Below are positions 39,145 to 49,847 of a stretch of DNA of 64,000 nt, in pieces. Origin of the DNA: a bacterium (lineage in GTDB: Bacteria; Patescibacteriota; Minisyncoccia; UBA6257; 2-01-FULL-56-20); the NCBI GenBank assembly GCA_021780195.1, contig JAJXZE010000004.1:1584-65583 (forward strand), written 5' to 3'. The position numbers were made by a program, and so were the translations under genes. Positions within the stretch are counted from its first letter, which is position 1. Each line of letters begins with the position of its first letter. The notes below the pieces were generated by a model. The model was given only the letters and a program-made list of their open reading frames with translations. It ran no database searches and was not told where the DNA came from.

Positions 39145-40398
39145 TCACGCAAGCGCTTTGCGCAGGATCCCGACTGCCGCTTCGATCTCTTCGCCGGTGG
39201 TCGGCCTTCCCAGACCGAACCGGATGCTTTCCCGCGCCCGCTCCTTTGAGCACCCCAGCGCTTCGATGACGTACGATGCCGTCGCCGCGCGCGCGCGGCA
39301 CGCGGAACCGGCCGAGGCGGCGACGCCCGCGAGATCAAGCTTCGTGAGCAATGTTTCCGCGGAGCGGCCGGGGAAATAAATATTCAGGATGTTGGGAAGC
39401 GTGTCCGGCGGCGCATCCAGGGCGCCCTCATCCGCGGCGCCGTTCACTTCCGCCTCGGGGCACGCTGTTTTTATCCCGCGCCACAGCCGCCCGCGAAGTT
39501 CGCCGATGCGCACGCGCTCCGCTTCCCGCTTCGCGTCCGCGATCCGCACCGCCTCCGCAAATCCCACAATCGCGGGCACGTTCTCGGTTCCCGAGCGCAG
39601 GCCGAACTCCTGCCCCCCTCCCGTGACGATGGGCGCGAGGAAAGCTTGGTCGCGGACATAGAGCGCGCCCGCGCCTTTCGGTCCATAGATCTTGTGCGAA
39701 GAAAACGTCATAAGATCCGCGCCGAGCGGGGCGGGGCGGCAATCAAGAAACTGCAGGGCCTGCACGGCGTCCGTATGGAGGAGCGGATAGCCGCGCGCCG
39801 GAGCAACCCTCGCGGCGGCGGCACCCGCAACGAGGCCGGTGCGGAATTCTTTTATTATCGCGGCGATCCTCGCGATCGGTTCCACAGTGCCGATTTCGTT
39901 ATTCGCGAACATTACGGACACGAGGATCGTGGAAGGCGTCAAGCTTTCTTTTATCTTTTTTTCATCGACCGTGCCTCGGGCGTCGACCGGCACGATGACG
40001 ACGTCCGCGCCCTCGCGCGCAAGATCCCGCGCGGTCTCAAGGATCGACTCGTGCTCGATCGCGGAGATCACGATGCGCGGCGCGGCGGCGCGTGCGTCGG
40101 CCCCCGGAGCCGCGCCGCGCGCCTTTTCGTCCCACGCCCGCGCGGCCGCGAACGCGCCGCGGAGGGCAAGATTGTTCGCCTCCGTCGCGGAACTTGTGAA
40201 AAGTATCTGCCGGAAATCCGCGCCGAGTGAGGCGGCGATCGCTTCGCGGGCGCGGTCCACCGCGGCGATCGCTTCCTGTCCGAACGCGTGGAGCGATCCC
40301 GGATTCCCGAACCGTTCCGTGAAATACGGCGTCATGGCGCGGAGCACCTCCGGATCGACCGGTGTCCCCGCGGCGTAATCAAGATAGATGCGCTTCAT
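39145..40398 (-). CDS. iscS: Cysteine desulfurase (IscS/NifS group)
   Basis: YLDYAA.TP, FGNPGSLH, SATEANN, HTDAVQ, SSHKIYGPKG, RSGTENV, SAGSAC. Confidence 0.9.
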   Translation of the reverse strand: MKRIYLDYAAGTPVDPEVLRAMTPYFTERFGNPGSLHAFGQEAIAAVDRAREAIAASLGADFRQILFTSSATEANNLALRGAFAAARAWDEKARGAAPGADARAAAPRIVISAIEHESILETARDLAREGADVVIVPVDARGTVDEKKIKESLTPSTILVSVMFANNEIGTVEPIARIAAIIKEFRTGLVAGAAAARVAPARGYPLLHTDAVQALQFLDCRPAPLGADLMTFSSHKIYGPKGAGALYVRDQAFLAPIVTGGGQEFGLRSGTENVPAIVGFAEAVRIADAKREAERVRIGELRGRLWRGIKTACPEAEVNGAADEGALDAPPDTLPNILNIYFPGRSAETLLTKLDLAGVAASAGSACRARAATASYVIEALGCSKERARESIRFGLGRPTTGEEIEAAVGILRKALA

Positions 40399-41006
40399 GG
40401 ACGGGGCGCGTGCGGCGCGGCGGGCGGTTCACCGGTGTGTGCGGCGGGGCGCGCGAATTCGACCCGGGCCGTTTCGCCGGTCATTTTGTTCGGCACGAGG
40501 AGCGACCGGTCCCGCAGATAAAGATCGTAGAGCTCCTTGGTGAGCTTCACGTCGTTCACGCAGTACGCCTTGAGTTCATCCATCTTCCCCTCGCGGTACA
40601 GCGCGCCCGCCTCGAAACCGTGGTGCTCCTTCGCCACACCGAGGTTCGCTTCCGCGAGGCGACTCAAGCTCACGCGCGCGCCGGTCGCAAGTTCGATTTC
40701 CTCCAGAAGATCCACGCGCTCCATCTTCCAGAGGTTCGGCGCCCCTCCCGCGAGATGAAGGCGCAGGAAATACTGCGTGAGCACCGGCACGTCGTAGCGG
40801 TTACTGCTGAACCCCACGATGGTGCCCGCGCGCGCGAAGAGCGCCGCGCAGGCCTTCATCTCCCCCTCTTCGAAAACGGAATATCGATCCTCGTCATAGG
40901 AATACGCCGCGACCACCGAGATTTTGAGCGCGGGGAAATTATCCCGCCCCACTCCCGGGTCGGTAAAGAAATTCTGCGTTTCGATGTCGAAGACGATCGT
41001 GTCCAT
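40395..41006 (-). CDS. RNase H-like / DEDD exonuclease-fold protein (YprB-like)
   Basis: VFDIET, VGF...YD.PVL, SL..LA, YC.NDV.LT. Confidence 0.8.
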   Translation of the reverse strand: MDTIVFDIETQNFFTDPGVGRDNFPALKISVVAAYSYDEDRYSVFEEGEMKACAALFARAGTIVGFSSNRYDVPVLTQYFLRLHLAGGAPNLWKMERVDLLEEIELATGARVSLSRLAEANLGVAKEHHGFEAGALYREGKMDELKAYCVNDVKLTKELYDLYLRDRSLLVPNKMTGETARVEFARPAAHTGEPPAAPHAPRP

Positions 41007-41014
41007 GAGCCGCA

Positions 41015-41494
41015 CTAGACGTGCCGGTCGGCGACGTTCGAAGCGGCATAGCTCTCCGGCTTGATCTTCGCCTCGAAGTTGCTCGCGCGGATCATCGCCA
41101 CCACCTCTTGGATCACGGCCTTCGTCGGGCCGTTCATGCCGACGTCCGCGTGGATCTCGAACGCGAAGTCGGGATGGTCGGACTTCCTGAGCTCCGCGAG
41201 CACCTTCTCCGCGACCTCGAGCGAGATCAGCACTTCCTTGATCATGCGGTCGCGGAGGGTATGGAATTTTCCGAGGGTGAATCGGCGCCAGAAGTACCGG
41301 CCGCCGTTTCCCACGCGGTGCACGACGATCGCGGTCACGAAGTCGGCGTCCTTGCCGCTCAGGAGCTCCGAGTCGGTGCCGATCGTCACCTTATACCGGC
41401 GGCGCGGTTCCGCGCGCATGAAATCGACGATGGCGCGCGCCACCTCGTCCACCGTCATGCGGATTCCGAGCGAACTGTTTAAAAATTCCGGCAT
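41015..41494 (-). CDS. RNase H-like YkuK (DUF458) family protein
   Basis: IGTDS, FVTAIVVHRVG.GG.YF, EV..SL, EIHADVG.NGPT, IKPESYAAS.VADR. Confidence 0.85.
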   Translation of the reverse strand: MPEFLNSSLGIRMTVDEVARAIVDFMRAEPRRRYKVTIGTDSELLSGKDADFVTAIVVHRVGNGGRYFWRRFTLGKFHTLRDRMIKEVLISLEVAEKVLAELRKSDHPDFAFEIHADVGMNGPTKAVIQEVVAMIRASNFEAKIKPESYAASNVADRHV

Positions 41495-41527
41495 GTACGC
41501 GCATCATACCGCCGCCCCGCGGGGGCG

Positions 41528-42352
41528 TCAACGCGCCGCGATGAGCCGCCGTACGATGGCCTTCGTGTCCTCCGGGCCACGCACGGCGATGCACCTTACG
41601 CCCGTGCGCCGGGCGGCGTAGTCGTTCCCTCCCGGGAAGAGCGCATCCCCCACGAAAAGCATTTTCCGGATCGGCACGCGGAGCCGCCGTTCGATCTGCC
41701 GCACCCCGTAGGCCTTATCGATTCCCTTGCGGGTCACGTCGATCGAAGTGAATCCCGCCGCATGAACCTCGAGCCCCGGCAGGCGCGCGGCGAGCATCTT
41801 CGCCATACGGAGCTTGAGCGGCGTATTGTTCTTCTTCCATTCTTCCTTGAGGCGCACTCCCCGCTTCCCGAGCACCGCGACCGCGTCCTGCCCGAGCGCC
41901 GAAAACGTCACCTGCGTTCCGCGGTCCTCGATCACCGGCCCGTAGGTTTTCTCGGGATGGAGGTAGCCCGCTTCGCGGAACACCTCACGAAACGCTTTCT
42001 TTATTTCCCGCCGTGTGCGCTTCGGGAGTGCGAGCGTGTAGACGTTCTTCCATCCGCGGTCGTAGCGGTACAACGCGGTCGAGGTTGTCGGGAAAAGAGA
42101 GAGATTGGCGAGTATGGCGCGGCGGTGCCGCGCGGCGGCGGCCCCGTCGCCGCGCAGGGCGCGCAAGAGCGGCGTCACGAGCTGTTCCCTGAAGAGCGAC
42201 CATCGCCCGCCTCCGATCACCGCCACTTTTTTCACCGAGAGAAGACGGACGAAGAGGCGCGCCATCTCGCCATCCATCGGCGCCTTGCTCGGCGTGAGCG
42301 TGCCGTCGAGGTCGAATACCACGAGTTCCGGTCCCTTCGCCGCGCGATTCAT
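41528..42352 (-). CDS. HAD-IIB hydrolase (eukaryotic-type phosphomannomutase-like)
   Basis: FDLDGTL..SK, IEDRG.Q.TFSALGQ, G.TSIDVT..GIDKAYG, FVGD.LFPGGND. Confidence 0.85.
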   Translation of the reverse strand: MNRAAKGPELVVFDLDGTLTPSKAPMDGEMARLFVRLLSVKKVAVIGGGRWSLFREQLVTPLLRALRGDGAAAARHRRAILANLSLFPTTSTALYRYDRGWKNVYTLALPKRTRREIKKAFREVFREAGYLHPEKTYGPVIEDRGTQVTFSALGQDAVAVLGKRGVRLKEEWKKNNTPLKLRMAKMLAARLPGLEVHAAGFTSIDVTRKGIDKAYGVRQIERRLRVPIRKMLFVGDALFPGGNDYAARRTGVRCIAVRGPEDTKAIVRRLIAAR

Positions 42353-42392
42353 TTTGAAATTATACCTCGCGGGAGTAAAATTGAGGAAAACC

Positions 42393-44588
42393 GTGGCAAA
42401 GAAGAATTCCAAATCCCGCAGGAACGGACGCTCCGTGCCATCCGCGGCCGATAGCCGAGGCGGCCGCGGCGATCGCGGGGACCGCGCACAGGAAGCGCAC
42501 CGCCTCCATCCCGACACCAAGAAAAGCATCTGGGGCGTGGCCTTCGTGTGCATCGCCCTCGTACTGATCCTCGCCGGATTCGCGGAAGCGGGACCCGCGG
42601 GCGCCGCGGCGTACCGGTGGCTCGATACCCTTTTTGGATGGGGATACTTCATCCTTCCGACGACGCTCGTCTTCGCCGCGATCGTCTTCTTCCTCTCCGA
42701 CCGGAGAAAGCTGGTTTCCACCACCCTCATGGGTTCGGCGCTCCTCATCCTCTCCTTCCTCGGCCTCATCGAGATCTTCGCGGCGGGAAAAGGCGGCTGG
42801 CTCGGGCTCGTACTCGGTTCGCTCCATTATCCGTTCGGCACGGTCGCCGCGGCGGTGATCGATCTTTTCATCCTCGTGATCGCCGTGCTCGTGACGGCGA
42901 ACGTGCCGATCAGGATCTCCTGGCCGAAGGAGGAGGACGCGGAAGCCGGAGAGGAAGAGACAGGGAAGGAAGCGGCGCCCCTGGTAGTAACGGGAGAATC
43001 ATCGATTGAGCCGCAAAAGAAGAAAGAGCCGGCGCCGGCTGATACCGCGCCCCAGGAAGACAAGGTGGCGGTCGTCGAGGCGAAAATGGACATGAAAACC
43101 GGAAAGAAGACCAAGGTCCCCGTCTTTGCGAATTACGTCCCGCCGCCGCTCTCGCTTCTCCGCACGGAAGCCGGAAAACCCACGACGGGCGACCTCCTCG
43201 CAAACGCGAACATCATCAAACGTACGCTCGAGAGCTTCGGCATCGCGGTCGAGATGGGAGAGATCAACGTCGGCCCCGCGGTCACGCGCTACACGCTGAA
43301 GCCGGCGGAAGGCATGAAGCTCTCGCGCATCACGGCACTGAACCAGGACCTCGCGCTCGCCTTGGCCGCGCATCCGATCCGCATCGAAGCCCCGATCCCG
43401 GGCAAGGCGCTCGTCGGGATCGAAGTGCCGAACAAGGCGGCGGCGCTCGTCCGCCTCGGGAGCCTGATGAACTACCCGGATTTCGCCCAGTCGGGTCCCT
43501 TGGGATTCATCCTCGGACGCGACGTTTCGGGCGAGCCCGTCTTCACGAGCATCGAGAAGATGCCCCACCTCCTCGTCGCGGGCGCGACCGGATCCGGCAA
43601 ATCGATCCTCGTTCATTCGCTCCTTGTTTCTCTCCTTTATAAGAACTCGCCGCAGACCCTGAAGCTCGTTCTCATCGACCCCAAGCGGGTGGAACTTTCG
43701 ATCTACGACCAAATCCCCCATCTCGTGAGCCCCGTTATCACGGACAACAAAAAGGCGGTCGGCGTCTTCCGCTGGGCGATCAGCGAAATGGAACGGCGCT
43801 ACGAACTGCTCCAGCGCGCCGGTAGCCGCGACATCAAGAGCTACAACGCGGCACACCATGGCGAGGAATCGCTCCCCTATATCCTCATCGTGATCGATGA
43901 AATGGCGGACCTCATGACCTCCTACGGACGCGACGTCGAAGGATCCATTGTGCGCCTTGCGCAGATGGCGCGCGCAACGGGCATCCATCTCCTCCTCGCC
44001 ACCCAACGTCCATCCGTCGAAGTCATCACGGGCCTCATCAAGGCGAACATCACCGCGCGCATCGCGCTCCAGGTGGCGTCGCAGATCGACTCGCGCACCA
44101 TCCTCGATGCCGCGGGCGCCGAGAAGCTCCTCGGCCACGGCGACCTGCTCTTCCTCTCGGCCGAACTCTCCAAGCCGCGGCGTATCCAGGGCGCTTTCAT
44201 CACCGAGGACGAGATCAAGAGCGTCGCAAACTTCATCCGCGAGCACAACAGGCCCGAGATGCGCGAACGCGACGCGGCGGAATCCGCGGGCGGCGGTGCG
44301 GGTGCGGGAGGCGCCACGGCCGCCGGCGGCGTTTCGATCCCGGGAGATTTCGATGGCTTCACGGGGAGCGAGGATGAGGACGGCGACGAGATGTTCGACG
44401 AAGCGCTCGCGGTCGTCCTTGAAGCCAAGAAGGGATCCGCCTCCCTCCTCCAGCGGCGGCTCAAAGTGGGATACGCCCGCGCGGCGCGCCTCCTCGATCT
44501 CATGGAAAGCCGGGGCTTCATCGGCCCGGGCGAGGGGGCCAAGCCGCGGGATGTTAATATAGAGAAGATAGAGGAATACCTGTCGTAA
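42393..44588 (+). CDS. ftsK: DNA translocase FtsK/SpoIIIE
   Basis: 4-TM N-terminus, IRIEAPIPGK..VGIEVPN, PHLLVAGATGSGKS, IDPKRVEL, IDEMADLM, ATQRPSV, gamma domain LQRRLKVGYARAARL. Confidence 0.95.
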   Translation: MAKKNSKSRRNGRSVPSAADSRGGRGDRGDRAQEAHRLHPDTKKSIWGVAFVCIALVLILAGFAEAGPAGAAAYRWLDTLFGWGYFILPTTLVFAAIVFFLSDRRKLVSTTLMGSALLILSFLGLIEIFAAGKGGWLGLVLGSLHYPFGTVAAAVIDLFILVIAVLVTANVPIRISWPKEEDAEAGEEETGKEAAPLVVTGESSIEPQKKKEPAPADTAPQEDKVAVVEAKMDMKTGKKTKVPVFANYVPPPLSLLRTEAGKPTTGDLLANANIIKRTLESFGIAVEMGEINVGPAVTRYTLKPAEGMKLSRITALNQDLALALAAHPIRIEAPIPGKALVGIEVPNKAAALVRLGSLMNYPDFAQSGPLGFILGRDVSGEPVFTSIEKMPHLLVAGATGSGKSILVHSLLVSLLYKNSPQTLKLVLIDPKRVELSIYDQIPHLVSPVITDNKKAVGVFRWAISEMERRYELLQRAGSRDIKSYNAAHHGEESLPYILIVIDEMADLMTSYGRDVEGSIVRLAQMARATGIHLLLATQRPSVEVITGLIKANITARIALQVASQIDSRTILDAAGAEKLLGHGDLLFLSAELSKPRRIQGAFITEDEIKSVANFIREHNRPEMRERDAAESAGGGAGAGGATAAGGVSIPGDFDGFTGSEDEDGDEMFDEALAVVLEAKKGSASLLQRRLKVGYARAARLLDLMESRGFIGPGEGAKPRDVNIEKIEEYLS

Positions 44589-44622
44589 AACCTCAGTCCA
44601 CAAATCGCCCACGTATACCCTC

Positions 44623-45393
44623 ATGCCGAACGATTACGAATCTTTCCCTTTTGAAGTGTTCCTTGCGGAACAGCTCAAGAACCACGGCATCACCCTGAAG
44701 AAACTCTCGGATGTCACCGGCATCGCGCCGGTTCATCTTGAGAATCTCGTCCATGGAAATTACGACGAGATGCCGTCCGCACCCTACTTCCACGGTTATC
44801 TTTCGGAAATCGGCCGGGTGCTCGGTTTCGATGCCGAGGAGTGGTGGGTAAAGCTCAAAAAGGAGGGCCTTGTCAAAAATTCAGGCCCACAGGACGAACT
44901 CCCCCGCAACCGCTTCGTCCGGCAATCCGCGCCCAAGCTTCTCTGGGGACTCGCGGCGGCCGCGGGGCTTCTTGCCATCTATTTTGCCTTTGCCTTCCCG
45001 CGGATATTCGGCACCCCCTCGCTCACCGTCGTTTATCCGGTGGAAAATCCGTCCGTCGCCACCACGACCACGGTCACGATCCAAGGCACGGTCAGGAATG
45101 CCGATGCGGTCTACCTCTCGAACGGCAGTACGTCATCGAGCGACGAAATCATGATCGCGCCCGACGGTTCGTGGCAAAAAACCGTCCTGCTCCAGAACGG
45201 GCTGAACACCTTCGAAATAAGCGCGAAGAAATTCCTCGGCGGCGAGACCAGCATCACCGAACAGATACTCTACCAGGCGCCCGGAGGAACGCCTGGAGCA
45301 TCATCATCCACCTCGTCTTCGTCGCCGGGTTCGGGCGGCGGTGCGGGTGCGGGTTCGATTTCCGTCCCGCCCGGGAACGCCTCGGGGCTTTAA
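44623..45393 (+). CDS. RodZ-like HTH membrane protein
   Basis: N-terminal HTH (LE.L..G.YD.MP..PY..GYL), TM helix, Ig-like C-terminus; follows ftsK. Confidence 0.7.
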   Translation: MPNDYESFPFEVFLAEQLKNHGITLKKLSDVTGIAPVHLENLVHGNYDEMPSAPYFHGYLSEIGRVLGFDAEEWWVKLKKEGLVKNSGPQDELPRNRFVRQSAPKLLWGLAAAAGLLAIYFAFAFPRIFGTPSLTVVYPVENPSVATTTTVTIQGTVRNADAVYLSNGSTSSSDEIMIAPDGSWQKTVLLQNGLNTFEISAKKFLGGETSITEQILYQAPGGTPGASSSTSSSSPGSGGGAGAGSISVPPGNASGL

Positions 45394-45428
45394 GGAAATT
45401 TTAATCGCGGCTCTGGTATAATGGACAT

Positions 45429-46481
45429 ATGAATCCATCAAAAAAAGACGGGAAGCCGGAGGAAAAGAAAGAGGAAAAAAAGGAGGAAAAAAACAGGGAC
45501 CTGGACAATCTGCTTGCATCGCTCCAGGAAAAGTTCGGCGAAGGCGCGATCATGCGCCTCGGCGAAGTGAGCCGCGTGAACGTGGCGGTCGTCCCGACCG
45601 GCTCGTTCTCGCTCGATCTCGCTCTCGGGGTGGGCGGCCTGCCCCGCGGGCGCGTGGTCGAGATTTTCGGTCCTGAATCGAGCGGCAAAACCACGCTCGC
45701 GCTCAACGTCATCGCCCAGGCGCAGAAACAGGGCGGCCGATGCGCCTTTATCGACGCGGAGCACGCCATGGACCCGGAATACGCGGCGCGCCTCGGCGTG
45801 AAGGTGAACGACCTTCTTATTTCCCAGCCGGATGACGGCGAGGAAGCGTTGAACATCCTCGAAAGCCTGGTGCGCTCCAAGATGATCTCGGTCGTCGTTG
45901 TTGATTCCGTGGCCGCGCTCACCCCGCGCGCGGAGATCGAGGGCGAAATGGGGGAACAGCACGTGGGACGCCAGGCGCGCATGATGGCGCAGGCGCTCCG
46001 CAAGCTCACCTCTGCCGCGGCGCAGACCCAGACGATGATCATCTTCATCAACCAGCTCCGCATGAAGATCGGCGTCATGTTCGGGAACCCGGAGACGACG
46101 CCCGGCGGCATGGCGCTCAAGTTCGCCGCCTCGGTGCGCATCGACATCCGCCGCATCGCGCAGGTCAAGAAAGGCGATGCCGTCGTCGGCAACCGCGTGA
46201 AGGCGAAAGTGGTGAAAAACAAGGTCGCGGCGCCGTTCCGCGCCGCCGAGTTCGATATCATGTTCGGCGAGGGCATTTCCTACGAGAGCGACGTGCTGAA
46301 TGCGGCGATCAACCGCGGCGTGGTCAAGAAATCCGGCGCAAGCCTGAGTTTTGAAGGCGAACGCCTCGGCGCCGGTTTCGACAATGCGCGCCTGAAGCTC
46401 AAGGGAGACGTGAAGACGCTTGAAGCGATCAAGAAGCGCATCATTGAGGAGATGCACAAGGAGGAAGTGAGGGTGGAGTAG
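45429..46481 (+). CDS. recA: Recombinase A
   Basis: [67 protein letters not shown]. Confidence 0.97.
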   Translation: MNPSKKDGKPEEKKEEKKEEKNRDLDNLLASLQEKFGEGAIMRLGEVSRVNVAVVPTGSFSLDLALGVGGLPRGRVVEIFGPESSGKTTLALNVIAQAQKQGGRCAFIDAEHAMDPEYAARLGVKVNDLLISQPDDGEEALNILESLVRSKMISVVVVDSVAALTPRAEIEGEMGEQHVGRQARMMAQALRKLTSAAAQTQTMIIFINQLRMKIGVMFGNPETTPGGMALKFAASVRIDIRRIAQVKKGDAVVGNRVKAKVVKNKVAAPFRAAEFDIMFGEGISYESDVLNAAINRGVVKKSGASLSFEGERLGAGFDNARLKLKGDVKTLEAIKKRIIEEMHKEEVRVE

Positions 46482-46581
46482 GACTCGGGGTGCGGTCCGG
46501 CAGACATCATCTCTCCGGAACATTTACGCGGGAGGGGCGCTGCCGAAACAGGCATCTGGCAGGGAGCGCAGAGCCGCTCCC

Positions 46582-47646
46582 TTACTGGAGCCGCGCCACG
46601 GCCGCGGTGAAGCCGTTCTTCGAGGTGCTGATCACGAGATACGTCTGATACCAGCCGTAGGTCAGGCCGTCCGCCCGCGTGCGGACGGCATTCCCGCCAA
46701 GCACGGCATCCATGAACGCGCCGGACGATGCGCCGCCGGAGAGAAAAAGGTTCGCAGTATTGGGCGATGATTCGAGCGCCGACACGGGGCCTTCGAGCGC
46801 CGCCCAGTTCTCCCCTTGGTCGAGCGAGAGGACATAGCCGGGCGCGAATCCGCCTGCGGCGCGATACGCGAAAAACGTCGCGTCGGGACTGAAGTGCGCC
46901 GCGAGGATCCCGGGATCAATCACCGATGCATTTTCCGCCGCAAGAAGATCGCTGATCGCAACGCCGGTGGCGTCCGGGTTTCTGACGCTGATTTCGACCA
47001 TGCTCGCACTCCTGTTCGCCCCCGCGAGCAGGGCGGAGATTTTCTGGCTCAACGTCGAAAGATCGGCCGCGCTCGAAGCGGCGCCCTGCGGTGCGAGCGT
47101 GAACGCGAGCGTCTGATCCGCGGGCTTTTTGAATAGCGACACGTGCGTAAATGGACCGGCAGGGACCGCGGCACCGCTTGTCGCGCCCGACGCAGAAACA
47201 GGGGCAGAATTTGATGCGGACGAGGTCGCGGGGGATGGCGCGGCGGGTGTGTTTGCTACCGCAATCGGTGTAGTCGATGACGCGGGGGCCGCGCCGGAAC
47301 CGGCGCCCATGCCCGTGGCACCGAAGAATGGCAGGCCGCCTCCCTGGTACGCGCGATACACAAAATACCCCGCCCCTCCGAGGACGGCGAGGACGATCAC
47401 GATGATGACGAGCGCCCTGATCCCCCGTCCGCGGCTTGCGGCAACGGGCGCAAGGGGCGCCTCCACGGTCATCCCCATATTCTCCACCTGCACCGTTTCG
47501 AAGCGCGGGAGTCCTCCCCCGCTTTTCGCCATCGATTCAAGATCGGAGCGCATCGTCCGCACCTTCACCTCCGGAGGAGGCGGAGGCGCCGTGGGCGTCC
47601 CGCCCGATGCGGCCGATGGAAAATTATTGTCCGGGAACCCTTCCAT
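46582..47646 (-). CDS. Hypothetical single-pass membrane protein
   Basis: Pro-rich N-terminus with VRTMRSDL, TM helix, Ala/Ser linker, globular C-terminus. Confidence 0.7.
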   Translation of the reverse strand: MEGFPDNNFPSAASGGTPTAPPPPPEVKVRTMRSDLESMAKSGGGLPRFETVQVENMGMTVEAPLAPVAASRGRGIRALVIIVIVLAVLGGAGYFVYRAYQGGGLPFFGATGMGAGSGAAPASSTTPIAVANTPAAPSPATSSASNSAPVSASGATSGAAVPAGPFTHVSLFKKPADQTLAFTLAPQGAASSAADLSTLSQKISALLAGANRSASMVEISVRNPDATGVAISDLLAAENASVIDPGILAAHFSPDATFFAYRAAGGFAPGYVLSLDQGENWAALEGPVSALESSPNTANLFLSGGASSGAFMDAVLGGNAVRTRADGLTYGWYQTYLVISTSKNGFTAAVARLQ

Positions 47647-47716
47647 ACTCTCCATTCTACCACGAAAAAGCCGCGGCGCATGCCGCGGCTTCCGCGCACG
47701 ATCCCGATGCGCGTCC

Positions 47717-49822
47717 CTATTGCATCTGCTTCAGAGAGAGGCCGATCCTCCCGTCATCCGAGACGCGGATGATCTTCGCGCGCACGAAGTCGCCCACCTT
47801 CACCACTTCGTCCACGGTCTTCACGAAGCCGTTCTTGAGCTCCGAGATGTGGATCATGCCGTCCTTGCCGCCGCCGAGATCCACGATCGCGCCGACCTCG
47901 ATGATCTTTATGATGCTTCCCTCGACGACCTCCCCCACCTTGAACTCACGGGTGATGCCCTTGATCTCCGCGACCGCCGCGTCCACCTTCTCTAGGTCCA
48001 TGCCCGAGATGAAGACGCCGCCGTCCTCATCGATGTCGATGCCCGCAAGGCCGTACTTCTCGATGAGGCCGTTGATCACCTTGCCGCCGGGGCCGATCAC
48101 CGCGCCGATCTTGTCGGTCGGGATGATGAGCGTCCTGATCTTCGGCACAAAGGGTGAAAGCTCCTCGCGGTGCTTCGGGAGCACGCGATTAATGACCTCG
48201 AGGATCTCGAGCCGCGCTTTGCGCGCCTGCGCCATGGTCTTTTCGAGGATCTCGATCGTGAGCCCGTCCACCTTCACGTCCATCTGCATGCCCGTCACTC
48301 CGTCCGCGGTACCCGCCACTTTGCAGTCCATATCGCCGTGGTGGTCTTCCGGCCCCTGAATGTCCGTGAGCACCTTGTACTCGTTCACATCCTTCATCAT
48401 GAGACCCATCGCGATGCCCGCCGCCGGCTTCTTCAAGGGGACGCCCGCATCCATGAGCGAGAGCGCCGACGCGCAGACGGTCGCCATGGATGACGATCCG
48501 TTCGATGACATGATCTCGGAGACCACGCGGATCGTGTACGGGAATTCCTCCTTCGTGGGGATCAGACGCTCAAGCGATTTGCGCGCGAGATTGCCGTGCC
48601 CGATCTCGCGGCGGCCCGGACCGCGGAAGGTGCCTACCTCGCCCACCGAGAACGGCGGGAAGTTGTAGTGCAACATGAAGCGGCGCTTGCCGTTCGTTTC
48701 CATGGTCTCGATGAGCTGTTCCGCACCGGGCGCGGCGAGCGTCGTGACCGCGAGAGCCTGCGTGTTGCCGCGGACGAAAAGCGCCGAGCCGTGCGTGCGC
48801 GAGAAGAGCTTCACCTCGCCGTCGAGCGCGCGGAGCTCGTCAAGCTTGCGGCCGTCGGAACGCCGCTCGTTCGCGAGGATCTCGCGGTGGACGATGTTAT
48901 TGATCGCGTCTTCATAGAGGAAGTCCGCGGCCTTCCAGTCGACGGCCGTGCCCTTGTCTTCGCGCGTTTCCCTGAGATGTAAAAAGAGCTCCGTCTTCAG
49001 TGCCCCGATCGCGCTCGACTGTTCCGCCTTCAGCGGGCGGAAGAATGCCGCGTCGAGCTTGTCCTTCAAAAATTCTGCCACCGCCGCTTTCAGTGCCTCG
49101 TCCGGTTCGGCGGTCGCGACGGCCGCCTTTTCCTTGCCGATCTCCTTGCGGATCTTTTCCTGGAATTCCGCGAGGGCGTTGATCTCCTTCTGCGCAAGCT
49201 CGAAGCCGTGCACGATGTCCTTCTCCTCGGCATCGAGGCCGCCGAGCTCGAGCATGTTGATGCGGTCCTTGGACCCGGAGACGAACGCATCGAACGCGGG
49301 CGGGTTCGCCGCGATATACGAGTTGTCGGGGTTGATCCTGAATTCGCTCCCGACCTGCGCCACGCGCACGCCGGCCACGGGCCCCTTCCACGGGATGTCC
49401 GAGATGAGGAGCGCCGTCGAAGCACCGAGAAGCCCCACGAACTCCGGGTCGTTCTCCTCGTCGATCTGAAGCACCGTCACGACCACCTGGATCTCGTGCC
49501 GGATGCGATCGTTGAAAAGCGGCCTGATCGTGCGGTCCACGAGGCGTCCCGCGAGGATCGCTTCTTCGGACGAACGTCCTTCGCGCCGGACGTACCGGCT
49601 ACCGATGATCTTGCCCGCGGCGTAAAACTTCTCTTCGTAGTCCACTTTGAGCGGGAGGTAGTCCGTATTCGCCTCCTTGTGCGTCATGACCGCAGTCGCG
49701 AGGACCACCGTCTCGCCGTACTTCGCGATCACCGCCGCGTTCGCCTGTTCGGCGAGCGCCGACGTCTCGATCGTCAGGGTTTTGCCCGCCACCTCGATTG
49801 AAAATTGTTTCTTTTGCAGCAT
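47717..49822 (-). CDS. pnp: Polyribonucleotide nucleotidyltransferase
   Basis: AAGKI...RREGR, RL.DR.IRPLF, HYNFPPFSVGE, RREIGHG, SNGSSSMA, GDMD.KVAG, KH and S1 domains. Confidence 0.96.
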   Translation of the reverse strand: MLQKKQFSIEVAGKTLTIETSALAEQANAAVIAKYGETVVLATAVMTHKEANTDYLPLKVDYEEKFYAAGKIIGSRYVRREGRSSEEAILAGRLVDRTIRPLFNDRIRHEIQVVVTVLQIDEENDPEFVGLLGASTALLISDIPWKGPVAGVRVAQVGSEFRINPDNSYIAANPPAFDAFVSGSKDRINMLELGGLDAEEKDIVHGFELAQKEINALAEFQEKIRKEIGKEKAAVATAEPDEALKAAVAEFLKDKLDAAFFRPLKAEQSSAIGALKTELFLHLRETREDKGTAVDWKAADFLYEDAINNIVHREILANERRSDGRKLDELRALDGEVKLFSRTHGSALFVRGNTQALAVTTLAAPGAEQLIETMETNGKRRFMLHYNFPPFSVGEVGTFRGPGRREIGHGNLARKSLERLIPTKEEFPYTIRVVSEIMSSNGSSSMATVCASALSLMDAGVPLKKPAAGIAMGLMMKDVNEYKVLTDIQGPEDHHGDMDCKVAGTADGVTGMQMDVKVDGLTIEILEKTMAQARKARLEILEVINRVLPKHREELSPFVPKIRTLIIPTDKIGAVIGPGGKVINGLIEKYGLAGIDIDEDGGVFISGMDLEKVDAAVAEIKGITREFKVGEVVEGSIIKIIEVGAIVDLGGGKDGMIHISELKNGFVKTVDEVVKVGDFVRAKIIRVSDDGRIGLSLKQMQ

Positions 49823-49847
49823 TGCTTTTCTTTAATGAATAGTTTCT

